Positions 1-13,133 of a stretch of DNA of 64,000 bases are shown piece after piece. Both the position numbers and the translations under genes were made by a program. This DNA comes from Blastocladiella emersonii ATCC 22665. Its lineage: Eukaryota; Fungi; Blastocladiomycota. The notes beneath the pieces were generated by a model. The model ran no database searches, had not been told where the DNA came from, and worked only from the letters and a program-made list of their open reading frames with translations. Each line of letters begins with the position of its first letter. Positions within the stretch are counted from its first letter, which is position 1. The stretch lies in assembly GCA_025594325.1 (NCBI GenBank), contig JANHCV010000006.1:930001-994000 (forward strand), in the 5' to 3' direction.

Positions 1-1435
1 GCGGCTGCTGCGGCATGCTAGCCGCCGCGACGGCCGCGATCGCCATATCGGGCGCGGTGGCGATCAGGTTTCCGTTGGGCCCGACCATGGGTGATATGGT
101 AGCGGCGTAGTGCGGACCGACGAACGGCGACGCGTGCGCGGTGGCGGGCGCCGAGGCGGACATGAGCGCCATGGCGGGATCGTGTGCGCCGGGGAGGGGT
201 GTTGGTGGAAGCGAGGCGTGCTGCTGTTGTTGTTGGGACGGATGAGGAAGATGGTGGTGGTGTTGCTGCGTGAGATGATGGTGGTGGTGGTGCTGGGACT
301 GATCCTGCAGTCCCTGCTGCTGTTGCTGTTGCGCGAGAGCGAACCCGAGCCCGTTGGGCGCCGGTGTCGTAGTCGTAGTGGCGGCGCGCGGCGCGCCGTG
401 GTGGACGAGCGGGGAGGGGATGGGCGCCTGCAGCGATCCGGGCGGGTGCATGCCGCCGCCGTTGGCGAGGTGCTGCTGGATCTGCGGCGAGACGTGCATT
501 CCGTTGCCCGGCGTCGAGCCCGCGAGCATAAGAACAGCGGCGGGCGGCGCGGGGCTCGGGTGCGCCGAGGACGACTGCGAGCCAGTCGCACTCGACTGCG
601 CGTTCATGAGGTTGGCGAGCGACGGCAGGTTCGCCATGCCACTAGCGGCGGGGTGGTGGTGATGATGATGGTGGTGGTGCAGGTCCGAGGTGGAGAAGAC
701 GGACGAGTGCAGGTCAATGGCCGACGACAGGTGGGGCAGGCCGGCGGTGATGCTTGGCAGCGTCGAGTGGTGGTGCGCGTGGTGCTGCTGGTGCTGGTGG
801 TGATCCATGGGCGGCGGCGCGCTCAGGCCGCCGACCGGCGAGGGCGAGAGGAGCGAGGGAAGCTGCTGCGAGTGCTGCTGCGACTGCGAGTGCTGCGACT
901 GGTCGGATGCGAGTCCCATGGCCTGGTCGAGCGTGCCAGCGCCAGTGCCCGCAGTCACGCCCGCGGCGGCAGCGAGGTCCTGGGCGTGGTGCGCGGCGGT
1001 GCCGAAAAGGACCGGGTCGGCAGCGGGACTCTGGCCGATCGAGGACGCGGCGTCGAGGCCAGAGGGCGCGGGCGAGGCGGCGGCAGCGAGGCTCACCGAG
1101 GGGCTGTGCATGGCGGCGGCGGCGGCAGCGGACGCGGCGTCGTTGGCGACGAGGTGGTCCTGGAACATGGTGGGCTGCGCGGAGGCGAGCGAACCGGGCG
1201 CGAAGCTGATGCCGGGCATGATCGCAGCCGCCGGTTGCTGCGGTTGAGGGGGAACCGGCGGGCCCATGGCGGACGCGAGGTCGGCGGCAGCGGCGGCCTG
1301 CGCCTGGTCGGCGGACACGTCCGAGCGAGGCTCGGTGTCGTTGAGCTTCTGCTGCTCGTGCTGCTGCTGCACCTCGACCACGGCCGGATCGGCAGGCGCG
1401 GGCGCGGCGGTGGGCGCCTCGAGCGGCAGATCCAT
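1..1435 (-). CDS. 5' part of a gene running off the window start; Ala/Ser/Gln/His-rich low-complexity N-terminus, possibly a nuclear regulator
   Basis: ATG at 1435 (MDLPLEAPTAAPAP...) opens a stop-free frame to the window edge. Codon usage is host-like, with poly-His and poly-Gln runs. Missing from the ORF track because no stop codon is reached. Confidence 0.6.
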   Translation of the reverse strand, partial: MDLPLEAPTAAPAPADPAVVEVQQQHEQQKLNDTEPRSDVSADQAQAAAAADLASAMGPPVPPQPQQPAAAIMPGISFAPGSLASAQPTMFQDHLVANDAASAAAAAAMHSPSVSLAAAASPAPSGLDAASSIGQSPAADPVLFGTAAHHAQDLAAAAGVTAGTGAGTLDQAMGLASDQSQHSQSQQHSQQLPSLLSPSPVGGLSAPPPMDHHQHQQHHAHHHSTLPSITAGLPHLSSAIDLHSSVFSTSDLHHHHHHHHHPAASGMANLPSLANLMNAQSSATGSQSSSAHPSPAPPAAVLMLAGSTPGNGMHVSPQIQQHLANGGGMHPPGSLQAPIPSPLVHHGAPRAATTTTTPAPNGLGFALAQQQQQQGLQDQSQHHHHHHLTQQHHHHLPHPSQQQQQHASLPPTPLPGAHDPAMALMSASAPATAHASPFVGPHYAATISPMVGPNGNLIATAPDMAIAAVAAASMPQQP

Positions 1436-2275
1436 GGGGCCGGCGAGGATGAGAGTGTGTACAGGTGACGAAAGCTACATGGCCAGACAACGAAAAAGGT
1501 GAGTTGAGAGCGGCAGGGAGCAGGTGGGTGGCGAAGCCGGGCGGCGAGGTGAAGCGACCGACGCGGCGCGATGCGCCACCTTGGGCTCGATCTCCTCCTC
1601 CCCCTCTCTCCGCCCCCGCGCCCGCCTGTTGGGGGAAGCACAGCAGCCAGCGTACCTCGCGCAGTCTATCGGCTGAGCCGCCGAGGGTGCGCAGGTGCGT
1701 CGCGATGCGGGATCAGCGGCAATCACGCACGGGCTCGAGGTCGCGGTCACGGTGCTCGCTCGTAGTCGTCGACAGGCCAGCCAGTCGATGGCGCGGGTGA
1801 GCACGCGCGCGGGTAGGTGGTACGGCGGCGCTCGTGCGTCAGCGGCGGCGGACGCTGGTTGGTCCGCGGCCGGCGTGGAAGGGGGGACAGGGATTTGCGC
1901 AACGACGGGGCCAGCAGCGCGCGGAACACGGGGCGTCGCGGATCGCAGGGGGCGGTGGGTGCGGCGGCGGCGGCGGCGGCGTCAGCGGAGCGACGTGAGT
2001 GGTGGACCGGCGGGCAGGGTGAGGCAGCGGCGAGGCAGCAAAGTCCGGGACTTGGCCGGGTTCGAACAGCGGCAGAAGGGCGGTTTTCGGCGGGAGAGAA
2101 GGGCGGTTCGGCAGATGACGGCGCCAACCAATAGCCGTGCGGCAGCCGCCGGCATCAGTGGTCGCCTGGGCTCACCTGACCGCAGACGCTAATTTTAGGC
2201 CGTGTCTCTCGCTCTGTCTCGCGGCTTCGCCTCACCTCACGAAGTGTCTCCCTCTCAGCATCGCACACAGCAACC

Positions 2276-3589
2276 ATGGATCACCCACAGCAAGAAGCGC
2301 AACCACAAGCACCGCCGCTGCCCCCCGTGATCGAGTTCTACAGCGGGATCGGCGGTCTGGCGTACGGGTGGTCGCGCAGCCGGCGCGGCCCGTCGCTCGG
2401 CCGCGCCACGACCGCCTTTGACATCAACGAGCACGCCAACGCCGTGCACTCGCACAACCGTCCCGAGTGCCAGATCGTCGGCGACATTCTGGCCCTGACG
2501 CCCGCCGACCTCGACGCGCTCGCCGGCCGGTACTGGCTGCTGTCGCCGCCGTGCCAGCCCTACTCGCGCCGCGGGAACCGCCTCGGCGCCGACGATCCGC
2601 GCGCGCAGTCGTTCTTGGGGATGATCGACGCGCTCCCGGTCATGCAGAACCCGCCCGAGGGTCTGCTGATCGAGAATGTGCTGGGCTTTGAGCGCGACGA
2701 GACGTACGCGCGCCTGTGCAAGACGCTCGATGACTGCGGGTACTACCACCAGTCGTTCATCTTCAACGCGGTCTGTCTCCCTCCTTCCCCATGACCGTAC
2801 CACGCACGCGCTGACACGGACACGACGTAGAACGCGCTCATGATCCCAAACTCGCGCCCGCGCTTCTTCCTGATCGCGCGCAAGTCGCGCGCCTTCCCTT
2901 CGCCCTCGGGCACCCTGCACACGGACCTGTCATGGCTCCTCGCGCAGTACCGCCCTGACCTCCCCACCTCCCCGCGCCCGATCGCCGACTACCTTCGCCC
3001 GTCCGCCGCCGCCACACGCGCCGCGCACCTCGCCATCCCGAACGCGCAGCTGTGGAAAGCCGCCGCGCAGTACGACGTCGTGTGGCCCGCGGACACGCGC
3101 AGCTGCTGCTTCACCAAGGCGTACGGCCGGCACGCGCGCGGGTCCGGGTCCGTCCTGTGCGGATCGGGGGACGCGACGCGGGCGACGCTCGACTTGGCGC
3201 TCGCTGCGACCGCCGCACAGCTCCCCGCCGTCGCGGCGGCCGTCGACGCGCGGGTTCGGGACCGGCTCGCGAAACGCATGCCGCCGCCCGTCTACGCGCG
3301 CGTCGTGGCGGGGAAACCGCTCGCGGGCAAGTACGCGCGCATGGTCGACGAGGAGCGCGCGAACGCGTGGGCGGACAGCGAGGTGGTCCCGCGGTGCCCG
3401 CTCGCGGACCTTGAGCTCCGCCATTTCGCGCCCGAGGAGATGGCGGCCCTGCACGGGTTCCCGGACGACCTCGAGTTTCCTGCCGACAAGGTCACGACGA
3501 AGCAGGGGTGGCAGCTTGTCGGGAACAGTCTCAATGTCGAGGTGGTCGCGGTCCTGCTCGACTACTTGCTAGACGACGAGGACGAGTGA
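2276..3589 (+). CDS. DNMT2: tRNA (cytosine-5)-methyltransferase, DNMT2/Pmt1 family; 2 exons (intron 2771-2830)
   Basis: Motifs EFYSGIGG (I), LLSPPCQPY (IV), IENV (VI), IPNSRPRF (VIII), CFTKAY (DNMT2-specific) and GNSLNV (X). The GT..AG intron joins ORFs 2276-2794 and 2840-3589 in frame. Confidence 0.92.
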
Positions 3590-3618
3590 TACACAAAACT
3601 AGATGATAGTATTACTCT

Positions 3619-5214
3619 TCACAGCTTGGCCGCCGAGACCTCGGGCTTGGGGAAATCGGGCGCCTCGAACCCGACGGGCGCTGGGACCTTGAGGCTCGGG
3701 TCGGCCACGGCCATGAACTTGTACACGGTGCCCATCTCGCGCGCGGACATGAGCCGGGTGAGCGCGGTGCGGATAACGTGCTTCTCGTCGGCGTTGGCCG
3801 TCGACCGCAGCAGACTGCGCGCGCGCTCCTCGATCCCGAGCCGCGCGAGAAAGTGGCGCTGCGTCGTCGGCCCGAACACGTTGAGCGCGGGCTTCCCCGC
3901 CGCCGCCGCGTTGGCGGGCAGGTACGGTTCGAGCGCCCACCGCAGGAGCGAAAAGTCGACGTCGGCCGACAGGTCGGCCTGACCGGGGCGCGAGAACAGG
4001 TGCGTGAACTGGTGCTGGTGGATGGCGCGCAGGCTCGCGGGCGCAGGGTGGTCGTTGCCGTAGTCGACGATCAGGCCGGATCCGCCCGACTTGCCCAGCA
4101 CGTCCGCGATCCCCTGCATCGCGCCCGTCGCCTCGGGACACACCTCGATCACGTCGCCGACGGCGTGCGACGTGTACCGGCCCGTCGCGTCGACGAGCGC
4201 GCCCACGGAGGGCGTCTTTTCGGGGGCCAGGACGTAGCGGAAGTGGTACGGGCTTGAGGGGAAGGAGTGTGAGCGGTGGGAGTGAGGGTGCGTGTGAACC
4301 GGACGTACGTATCGGTCGACTCGTCAATGTCGACCATGATCTCGCGCCACCCGTTCTCGGTCTTCTACTCGTTCACGCGCGCGTATGAGCTCCCCATACC
4401 GCCAAGACTCGAGCGGAAGGACGCGAACCTTGAACTTGAAGATGGGGAGAGCGTCAAAAAACTCGTGCGCGACGAGGAACGTGTGGTCATCTAGTGCGAC
4501 ACGAATCAGCAACCCGGTACAACCAAAGTAGCAATGCAGGGCGAGCAGCGCACCCTCGACGATATCCTTGACATTCTCGTACCAGCACAGCTCGAGTCCG
4601 TCGGCGAGCCGCGCGTTCTGGAGGTGGTGGAACTCGTTGCGGGACTCTTTCTCCACCGCGCACCCACGCGCCTTGGCGATCGCCTTGAGCTGCTCCTCGC
4701 GCAGGCGCGGGGACGCCTCGACAAACACGATCCGGGCGAGCGCGCCAGCAAAGTCGGCGAAGGCGCCAAGACTCCGGGTCATGTCGGCCATGAGCGTGCC
4801 CTTCCCCGGCCCGAGCTCGACGGCCTGCACCCGTCTGGGGGCGCCCATCTGCAGCCAGTTGGACATGAACCAGACGCCGATCAGCTCGCCAAAGATCTGG
4901 CTGATCTCGGGGCTCGTCACGAAGTCGCCGCGCAACCCGAACACCTCCTGCTGCATGTAGTAGCCGCTGACCGGGTGCGTCAGCACGCGGCGCATGTACT
5001 GCGCGACCGACAGCGGGCCGCTGAACCGGATCTGGTCCGCCATCTCCTTGATCAGCGGCGTCAGCGGCTCCTTGCCCGGCACCTCGACGATGGCGCCGGG
5101 GACCGGCTCGAGCGGCGCCTTCGGGTCGTGCGCGAGCGAGGCCAGCGAGCGCCGCGCGATGGTGGATGCGAGCGGGGCGCGCAGGCGCGTGCGGGAGGTC
5201 CGCAGGAGATACAT
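3619..5214 (-). CDS. NDUFAF7: Protein arginine methyltransferase NDUFAF7/MidA (complex I assembly); 4 exons
   Basis: GDFVTSPEISQIFGE, VELGPGKGTLM, AHEFFDALP, GLIVDYG and DLSADVDF motifs, plus a presequence-like N-terminus. Introns 4553-4491, 4428-4365 and 4308 to about 4253 restore the frame. Confidence 0.92.
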
Positions 5215-5561
5215 GGCGAGTACAGTGTCGATGGCGAGAGAGAAGGGGTCGGCTGCACGCGCGATGCTTTGGACTCAAGACACAGCGGCTGCCACGGCCA
5301 TCGCGGGCGCGTGACTCTAAGTGCCGCCTCGAAAACGTCGCCCAGCCAGCGGACGCGTCGCCGCCACGGTGTCGCGCGCGTCGGCGTGTGTGGCGCGGCT
5401 CGCTCGCCATCGCCGGTCCCTCGCCCGCACTCCCTCCCGCGACGACGAGGTGCCTGAACCACCCACTCTACGCCCATGTAAGTCCCCGCAACGCGCGCGA
5501 TCCGATCCGATGCCATGGATTGGCTGACACGTTCATGAGCGTGTAGCTGCAACCGACGACC

Positions 5562-6578
5562 ATGTCTGACTTTGGCGCCTTCTCCTCGGGCGACCCGACC
5601 GCCGACTTTCTTGCGCGCGAGCGTGCCATTCTCGGTGCGTTTTGCTCGCTCTTGCGCGTGTGCCGCGCCCTCCCTAACCGCTCCCATCCCCGTCTCGTCT
5701 AGGCGACGACGCGGCCTTCGTGACGGGCGACATGACCGGCACCACGGCCGCCCCGGCGCCCGTCGACTTCCCGGACATGTCGGCGTTCCCGCCCGTCGAC
5801 GCGTTCGGCGACTCCGCCGCGGCTCCGCTCGCCGCACCCGTCCCGACCATGGCGTCGGCCGTCCCCGCCGACTTTTTCGGCGCCCCGCTCCCGTCCGACT
5901 CGCCCGCGCCCATCGGCGTCGGCGCCGCGGTCCCGCTCCCGAGCTCGCCGGCCCCGCAGCCCGTGTTCGGCATCGTACGTTGACTCGGCGAGACTGTGTG
6001 GTTGACTTGAGCTGACTTTGGGGGATGTGTAGGCCGACTCGAACCCGTTCGGCGGCGCCATCTCGCCGACGCCCGTCTCCACCTCGACGACCGGTTTCGG
6101 CATGGGTGGCGGCATGGGCGGCGGCGACTTTGAGTCGGAGGCGCAGCGCGCGTGGCGCGAGTCGTTCCAGCAGACGATTGCGGAGCGCGACGCGGCCGAG
6201 GCGCGCGCCAAGCAGGAGACGGTGGCCAAGGCCAAGGCCGACATCGACAAGTTCTACGAGGAGTACAACGCCAAGCGCGAAAAGGCCCTCGCCGAGTCCA
6301 AGGCGCTCCAGGACCGCATGCTCAGCGACATCAACGACACCCAGTCGGGCACCTTCTGGGAGCGCGTCCTCAAGCAGATCGAGGTCGCCTCCGCGGGCTC
6401 GGCCGCCGAGGGCGGCGATGGTGTCAAGGGTGGCAAGGCGGGCAAGCTCGCGTCGAACGCGTCGGCTGCGACGGCCGCCAAGAAGCCCGCTGATGCGCCT
6501 AAGCAGAAGGACGTGACCCGCTTCAAGCAGGTGCTCCTCTCGCTCAAGGCCGACAAGGCTACGGCGCCCGGCGCGTAA
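5562..6578 (+). CDS. CLC1: Clathrin light chain; 3 exons (introns 5635-5702, 5975-6032)
   Basis: N-terminal DPTADFLARERAILG, ESEAQRAWRE coiled coil, WERV and DVTRFKQVLLSLK C-terminal motifs. Confidence 0.87.
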
Positions 6579-6848
6579 GCTCCCGCGTGTCCCACCCTGC
6601 TGCCCCTCGCCACTCGCTCCCCTCCTTCTGATCTGACCCCGATCCGACCGACCGACCGAATGATTGATTGATTGTCGAATTGAGTTGTTATATTTCATCG
6701 TTAGGTTATGTGCAACTGAGGGAGAGAGGGGAGAGTATTCCTGCTTGGTGAGCGAGCGGGCTCGGAGCGGAGCCGCTTGCTGGTCGTCGGTTATCAAGAA
6801 AATCGCGTTAAGTTTAGGAGAAGTGAGTAGAATAGACAGGTCGCCGAC

Positions 6849-8570
<1,722 letters not shown>

Positions 8571-8859
8571 GGTGTGGGGTGGGGCGGCGTCAGCGGGACC
8601 GTTATGCAAGCGGGCTCGCAGGAGAGGGGGCGAGAGGAGATGGGCAGCGGGAAGGCGCGTTGGTTGGGGACCGCGGCGCACCCGCACCCGCAACCGCGGG
8701 TTTCGCCCCGCGCGTGGGGTCACCTGGACGCCCGAAACCGCCCTGTATTGCGTTTTTGACCCTCCTCGGCCTTGGTCGCGGCCATCGACCTCGGACCACA
8801 CCGTTGCTGCCTCACACGAAGCTTGACCACTTGGCGCAACGTTCACACGCATCAACACC

Positions 8860-9186
8860 ATGTCCACTTCCGCCGCCATGACCCTGTTCGGCCGCGCGAC
8901 CGCCGCGGCCACTGCGCCTGCACCATCGCTGCTGGGCTCGATCCTGTCGCGCCTGGCGGTCCCCGCGCCGCTGGCCGGTCTCGTGTCGGGGATTCTGTGG
9001 GCGGTGCCCAAGTCGCGCACGACGCACGGCAAGAAGCGCATGCGCATGTCCAACAAGGGCCTCAAGAACCTCGAGAACATCACGGCGTGCCCCGTGTGCA
9101 AGGGCCCCAAGCTGCTGCACAACGTGTGCCCCGGGTGCCTCGCCCGCCTCGAGCGCCGCCGCAACGAGGTCCTGCGCAAGGACTGA
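8860..9186 (+). CDS. MRPL32: Mitochondrial ribosomal protein bL32m
   Basis: WAVPKSRTTHGKKRMR followed by CPVC..KLLHNVCPGC, after a presequence-like N-terminus. Confidence 0.87.
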   Translation: MSTSAAMTLFGRATAAATAPAPSLLGSILSRLAVPAPLAGLVSGILWAVPKSRTTHGKKRMRMSNKGLKNLENITACPVCKGPKLLHNVCPGCLARLERRRNEVLRKD

Positions 9187-9280
9187 GCCGCACGCGCGCG
9201 ATTTGATCCGTTTTCCATTGTCTTTATACAGGTAGCATTTCCCCATCGTTCATCGATCTATGTACATCTTCGTTCGTGGA

Positions 9281-10579
9281 TCACAAAACCGCGGCCAAAA
9301 CCATCATCACCGCGACCGCTACCGCGACCGCGCCTCCTCGTGGCGGCCGACCCCGCGCGTCGCTCGCCGCCGACGCGCCCCACACGACCGTCGGCCGCCA
9401 CGTATCCGTGTCGATATGCACCACCGCACCCTCCGCGCTCCCTGCCGCGACAAGCACCGGCCGATCGACGCCGTTGCGACACTCGCGCTCGCTGACGACG
9501 CGCCACCCGTGCTCCGCAAACCACCGCGCCGCCGCCGGGATCTCGCCCGCCGGCGCAAAGTACACGTTGGACGTGATCTGCGGGTGGTACTTGAGCCGGT
9601 CGGGCTCTGCGCCGGGCGGGAGGAACGGGAGGAGCAGGCGCCTTGGCATCTCCGCGACCGACTGCACGGGCCGCTGCCACATCGGATCGTGCTGCACGCC
9701 GCCCACGAGCTCGGGCGCCGGCGGCGCAAGGCCCGTGACGACGGGGAGCCGCAGGCCCGCGAGGAGCGCTGCGTCGTCGGCCGCGGCCGTCGCGCTGGTC
9801 CCGGCGTCCGCGGCGAGGACCACGAGCCGGTTTGTGGGCGAGGCGCCGACGCACCGCTGCAGCCCGACGTCGCACGCCAGCAGCCGGTCCGCGAGGATCA
9901 TGGCGCAGTCGTACGCGCACGTCTCGCACGTCTCGTCGGCGTCGCACAGGCCGTTGCCGCACCACGGCGCGCGCGTGGCGAGGGTCAGGTTGGAGAAGGG
10001 GAGCGGGTCGGATGTGGCGATGCCAGAGGTGTCCTGCAGCGCGTCGGGCGTGGGGAAGGGAGATGGAGAGTGGGCGCGGGCCGGGTTGAGCAGCTGCGTC
10101 GCGACCTGCGTCGAGCCCGCGAGCATCGCGATTGTGGTCACGGCCGACGGCGGCGCGGCTGCGGGCGGTGATTGATTCGTTGGTTCGGGCGCGTGGAAGA
10201 CTACGGACCCGCCGTCAGTGGCCGTGGTCGTGGAGGTGGGGATCAGCTTGGACTTGGCCGCGGTCGACGAGGAGGGCAGCGACGTGATGGCCGCGATCGA
10301 CTTGAGCGTGGCGGTGGTACTCGACGTCGTATTGCCGACGGCCGTAGTCGCGTTGGCGGTCACGGTGCCGTTCCCGCGAGCCGAGTCGTACGCGAGCGCC
10401 TTGCGCAGCCGATCGAGGAGCTTGTGGAGGCGGATTGGCAGCCGCCACGGCAGCGGGACCGTGACGTTGGCCGTTGGCGTGGGTGCGGGAGGTTGCGCCG
10501 TGGTCGTCTGAGCCGCGACGTGTCCGACGGCCAAGAGAAGGACGAGGGCTAGCGCCACACCGAGCGCGACCACGGCCAT
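9281..10579 (-). CDS. Secreted, probably GPI-anchored protein: signal peptide, Ser/Thr/Pro stalk, Cys-rich module and degenerate polysaccharide-deacetylase-like domain
   Basis: MAVVALGVALALVLLLAVGHVAA/Q signal peptide from ATG 10579, CGNGLCDADETCETCAYDC module, HGWRVVSERECRNG resembling the CE4 C-terminus, and a hydrophobic C-terminal tail. Confidence 0.65.
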   Translation of the reverse strand: MAVVALGVALALVLLLAVGHVAAQTTTAQPPAPTPTANVTVPLPWRLPIRLHKLLDRLRKALAYDSARGNGTVTANATTAVGNTTSSTTATLKSIAAITSLPSSSTAAKSKLIPTSTTTATDGGSVVFHAPEPTNQSPPAAAPPSAVTTIAMLAGSTQVATQLLNPARAHSPSPFPTPDALQDTSGIATSDPLPFSNLTLATRAPWCGNGLCDADETCETCAYDCAMILADRLLACDVGLQRCVGASPTNRLVVLAADAGTSATAAADDAALLAGLRLPVVTGLAPPAPELVGGVQHDPMWQRPVQSVAEMPRRLLLPFLPPGAEPDRLKYHPQITSNVYFAPAGEIPAAARWFAEHGWRVVSERECRNGVDRPVLVAAGSAEGAVVHIDTDTWRPTVVWGASAASDARGRPPRGGAVAVAVAVMMVLAAVL

Positions 10580-12059
10580 CACCGACCGCGGCGGCCATGC
10601 GCGTCCACGGCGGCCGCACGCGCGCGACATGAGGGTGCTGCTGCGAGATCTGGTGCAAGCGGGGATGGGACCGGAGGCACGATTCAGGAGAAGCACGGCA
10701 CACGCGCTACTTGTGGTGAGCAACGCGAGGGCGGGTTGTGGCCAGCGGCGACCTAAACACACACGCAGGGCAAACGCGGGTTAGAGATGATCAGTTGCGC
10801 GGCGGCGCCGCAGCCAGGGTGCCCGGGTGCTCGGGACTTCTTCCACCGGCCCGCGGCGGTCATGATGATGGTGATGACGGTGTCGCATGGCCATGGGCCG
10901 CGGCCCGCCGCCGCCGGCCATCGCGATTGGCCCGTGGTGCAGAGATCATTTCCGCCCGCCGTGCAGGACCCTGCCATGCGCAGCAGCGCGTGGCCAGGGA
11001 TGGTGGGCGCGAGCTCGATCAAGCGTCGCATCACGGCGCGGCGGCGCGGCAGCGGCGATGGTGGCCATGGTCATCAACACGCGACAGGTTCTTCCGTACC
11101 ACTCTTGAGCTGAACCCGAGCTTTAATGATGACTTCTCCCACACAATATGCGCGTCGGGAGCAGGTCGCGGCAGCGCTGCCGAGTATAACCGAAGCTAAT
11201 TTCGGGACGGAAGAAGTCCGCGTGCGATGGTCGGCACGCGGTGCTCTCGGTCACCGCCGCGGGCAATGATGATCGAGCGGTGACGGCGGCGCCTGATTAG
11301 GTTGCAATGCGGGCGACCGACGCGCTGGACGGGCGGGCAGGCAGGTCGGTACAGTAGCGGTGAGCGGGTGGGTCGGCGTGAAAACGGCGGCGGGCAGCGG
11401 TGGTGATGGTCGCCAACTCGACGCGTCGTTCGTCTCGTTCTACGGTCAAGGGAGAGAGCGAGAGCGAGCACGCGAGAACCCTTGACCTGGCCATGGTCGC
11501 CAGGAATTGGGTTATCCTGGGTCCACCGCTCCGCGCGACTGTGGCGAAGCGCGGCGGCAAATCGGCGCGCCGTCGCGACGCGTATAAGCTCGAAACTCCC
11601 GCCAGGTGTACCCTCCCGCCGCGGGCCATGGCGCAGCCAATCAGGCCTGGGGGTGGCGGACATCAGGCGTTGCTCGCCGCGTTACAGGTTTTCATTGTTC
11701 GTCGGTGGTCGCCGCCTCCGCCACCGCCGCTGCGCTGATGCGGTGGCCGGGCGGCGGCGGCGGAAGAACGTGGTGGCGCAGCAGCAGGAGTCACGCTGAG
11801 ACGCGACGCGTCGGGTGGATTCCGAGGTTGGACACGCATGCAAAATTGGCAACGGTACATTCGGTTAACGGGAAAAGGGATACAAGGGTGCGTCATCGAC
11901 GACGTCGGGGGTCGCACGGTGTGGGAGCGAGGCGAGGCGAGGGCGGAGGGGGCAGCAGCGAGGTATCGTACAGGAGGAGCAAGGAGGAAGATAAGGAACA
12001 TAACGAGTCTAGGCAGCTACCAGGCGCGCACCCCTACGCCCGTCTGGCCATCATCCCGA

Positions 12060-12778
12060 TTACAGGAGGAGGGCAGCGACCCCCGCGCCGACGGCGGCAG
12101 CGACGCCCGCGGCGCCGGCACCGACCGAGCCGGCGGCAGCGGACCGCGCGGACGCGGAACCCGCGGCGGTGCCGTTAGCGCTCCCGGCGGCGGCCGAGAG
12201 CGGGTACAGCGTGGCGGTGGCGACGACCGTGTTGGACTGCAGCGAGAAGATCTTGATGTGGTTGAAGTCGTCCATGCTCTTGCCCGAGTCGAGCTTGAAG
12301 ACGCGCGGGATGGTGCCGTCGGACGTGGTCACGGGCACAGTCGAGATCGGGAACGCGTTCGTGTCGTTGACCTCGCCCTTGACGCCGTACATGACGGTCT
12401 GCCCGAGGTCCGGGTAGTACGTGAAGTTCTTAAGCACCAGGTTCTAGATGGCGGTGTGGGAGGTCAGTCTGACGGTATCCGGTGCCGAGGAGTGCACAGA
12501 AACGTACGCAGCCGTCCTGATAGTCGAGGAAGCCGAACACCTGCGCCTTGATGTCGCTCCGGTCGCCGAACTGCGTAATCTGTTCACGGCGAGCGCGCAG
12601 TTTAGCTCACTGACGCATCTCAGTGCACCACACCGAGGCGTACCACGGGCTGGATGGCAACGGGGTGCTTGGCCGCGAACGCCGCGGGGACCTTGGACGG
12701 GTCGCACACGGCGGCCGACGCCGAGGCGGCAGCGAGCGCCATGACCGCAACGGTGGCGACGAGAATCTGGTTGAGCAT
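12060..12778 (-). CDS. Small secreted, probably GPI-anchored protein with a DM13-like domain (196 aa); 3 exons
   Basis: Signal peptide MLNQILVATVAVMALAAASASA. Phase-0 introns 12643-12580 and 12507-12444 give a continuous frame. DGC..L.NFTY and SMDDFNHIKIF resemble fungal DM13 proteins. Ala/Gly/Ser spacer followed by a hydrophobic tail. Confidence 0.65.
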
Positions 12779-13133
12779 TTGCGGTTGCGGGTGGTGGTTG
12801 GTCGTTGATTACGTTGCAATGTTCAGAGAGCAATGTGGGAGAGCGAGAGGAGACTCAAGGTCAAGGTTTCCCTCCTGCCGTGCTGGCGAGGGCGACCTGA
12901 CTGAGCGAACGGCTCAAGGAAAAACGCCACCCACCCACCCCCAGCATTTAATTCTTTTCGGGAAAATGAGCCGTCACCTGACCGCGATCATCCCCTTGGC
13001 CTCGCGCGGGATTCGAGACGCGTCTCGAACCTCCTGCTGATGCGAAAAGTGATGATGATCCAAAGAGTTCCCATTCAAAGAGGACAAAAAAATGAGAAAC
13101 GGTAGAGAGAGGGGAGACTAAAAGAGGGCGGCG

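Noticed and set aside
10800-11900. Separate gene between the two surface-protein genes
   Set aside because: Only short, unbiased ORFs are present. The stretch is more simply a promoter and long 5' UTR for the 10579 gene plus the 3' UTR of the 12060 gene.
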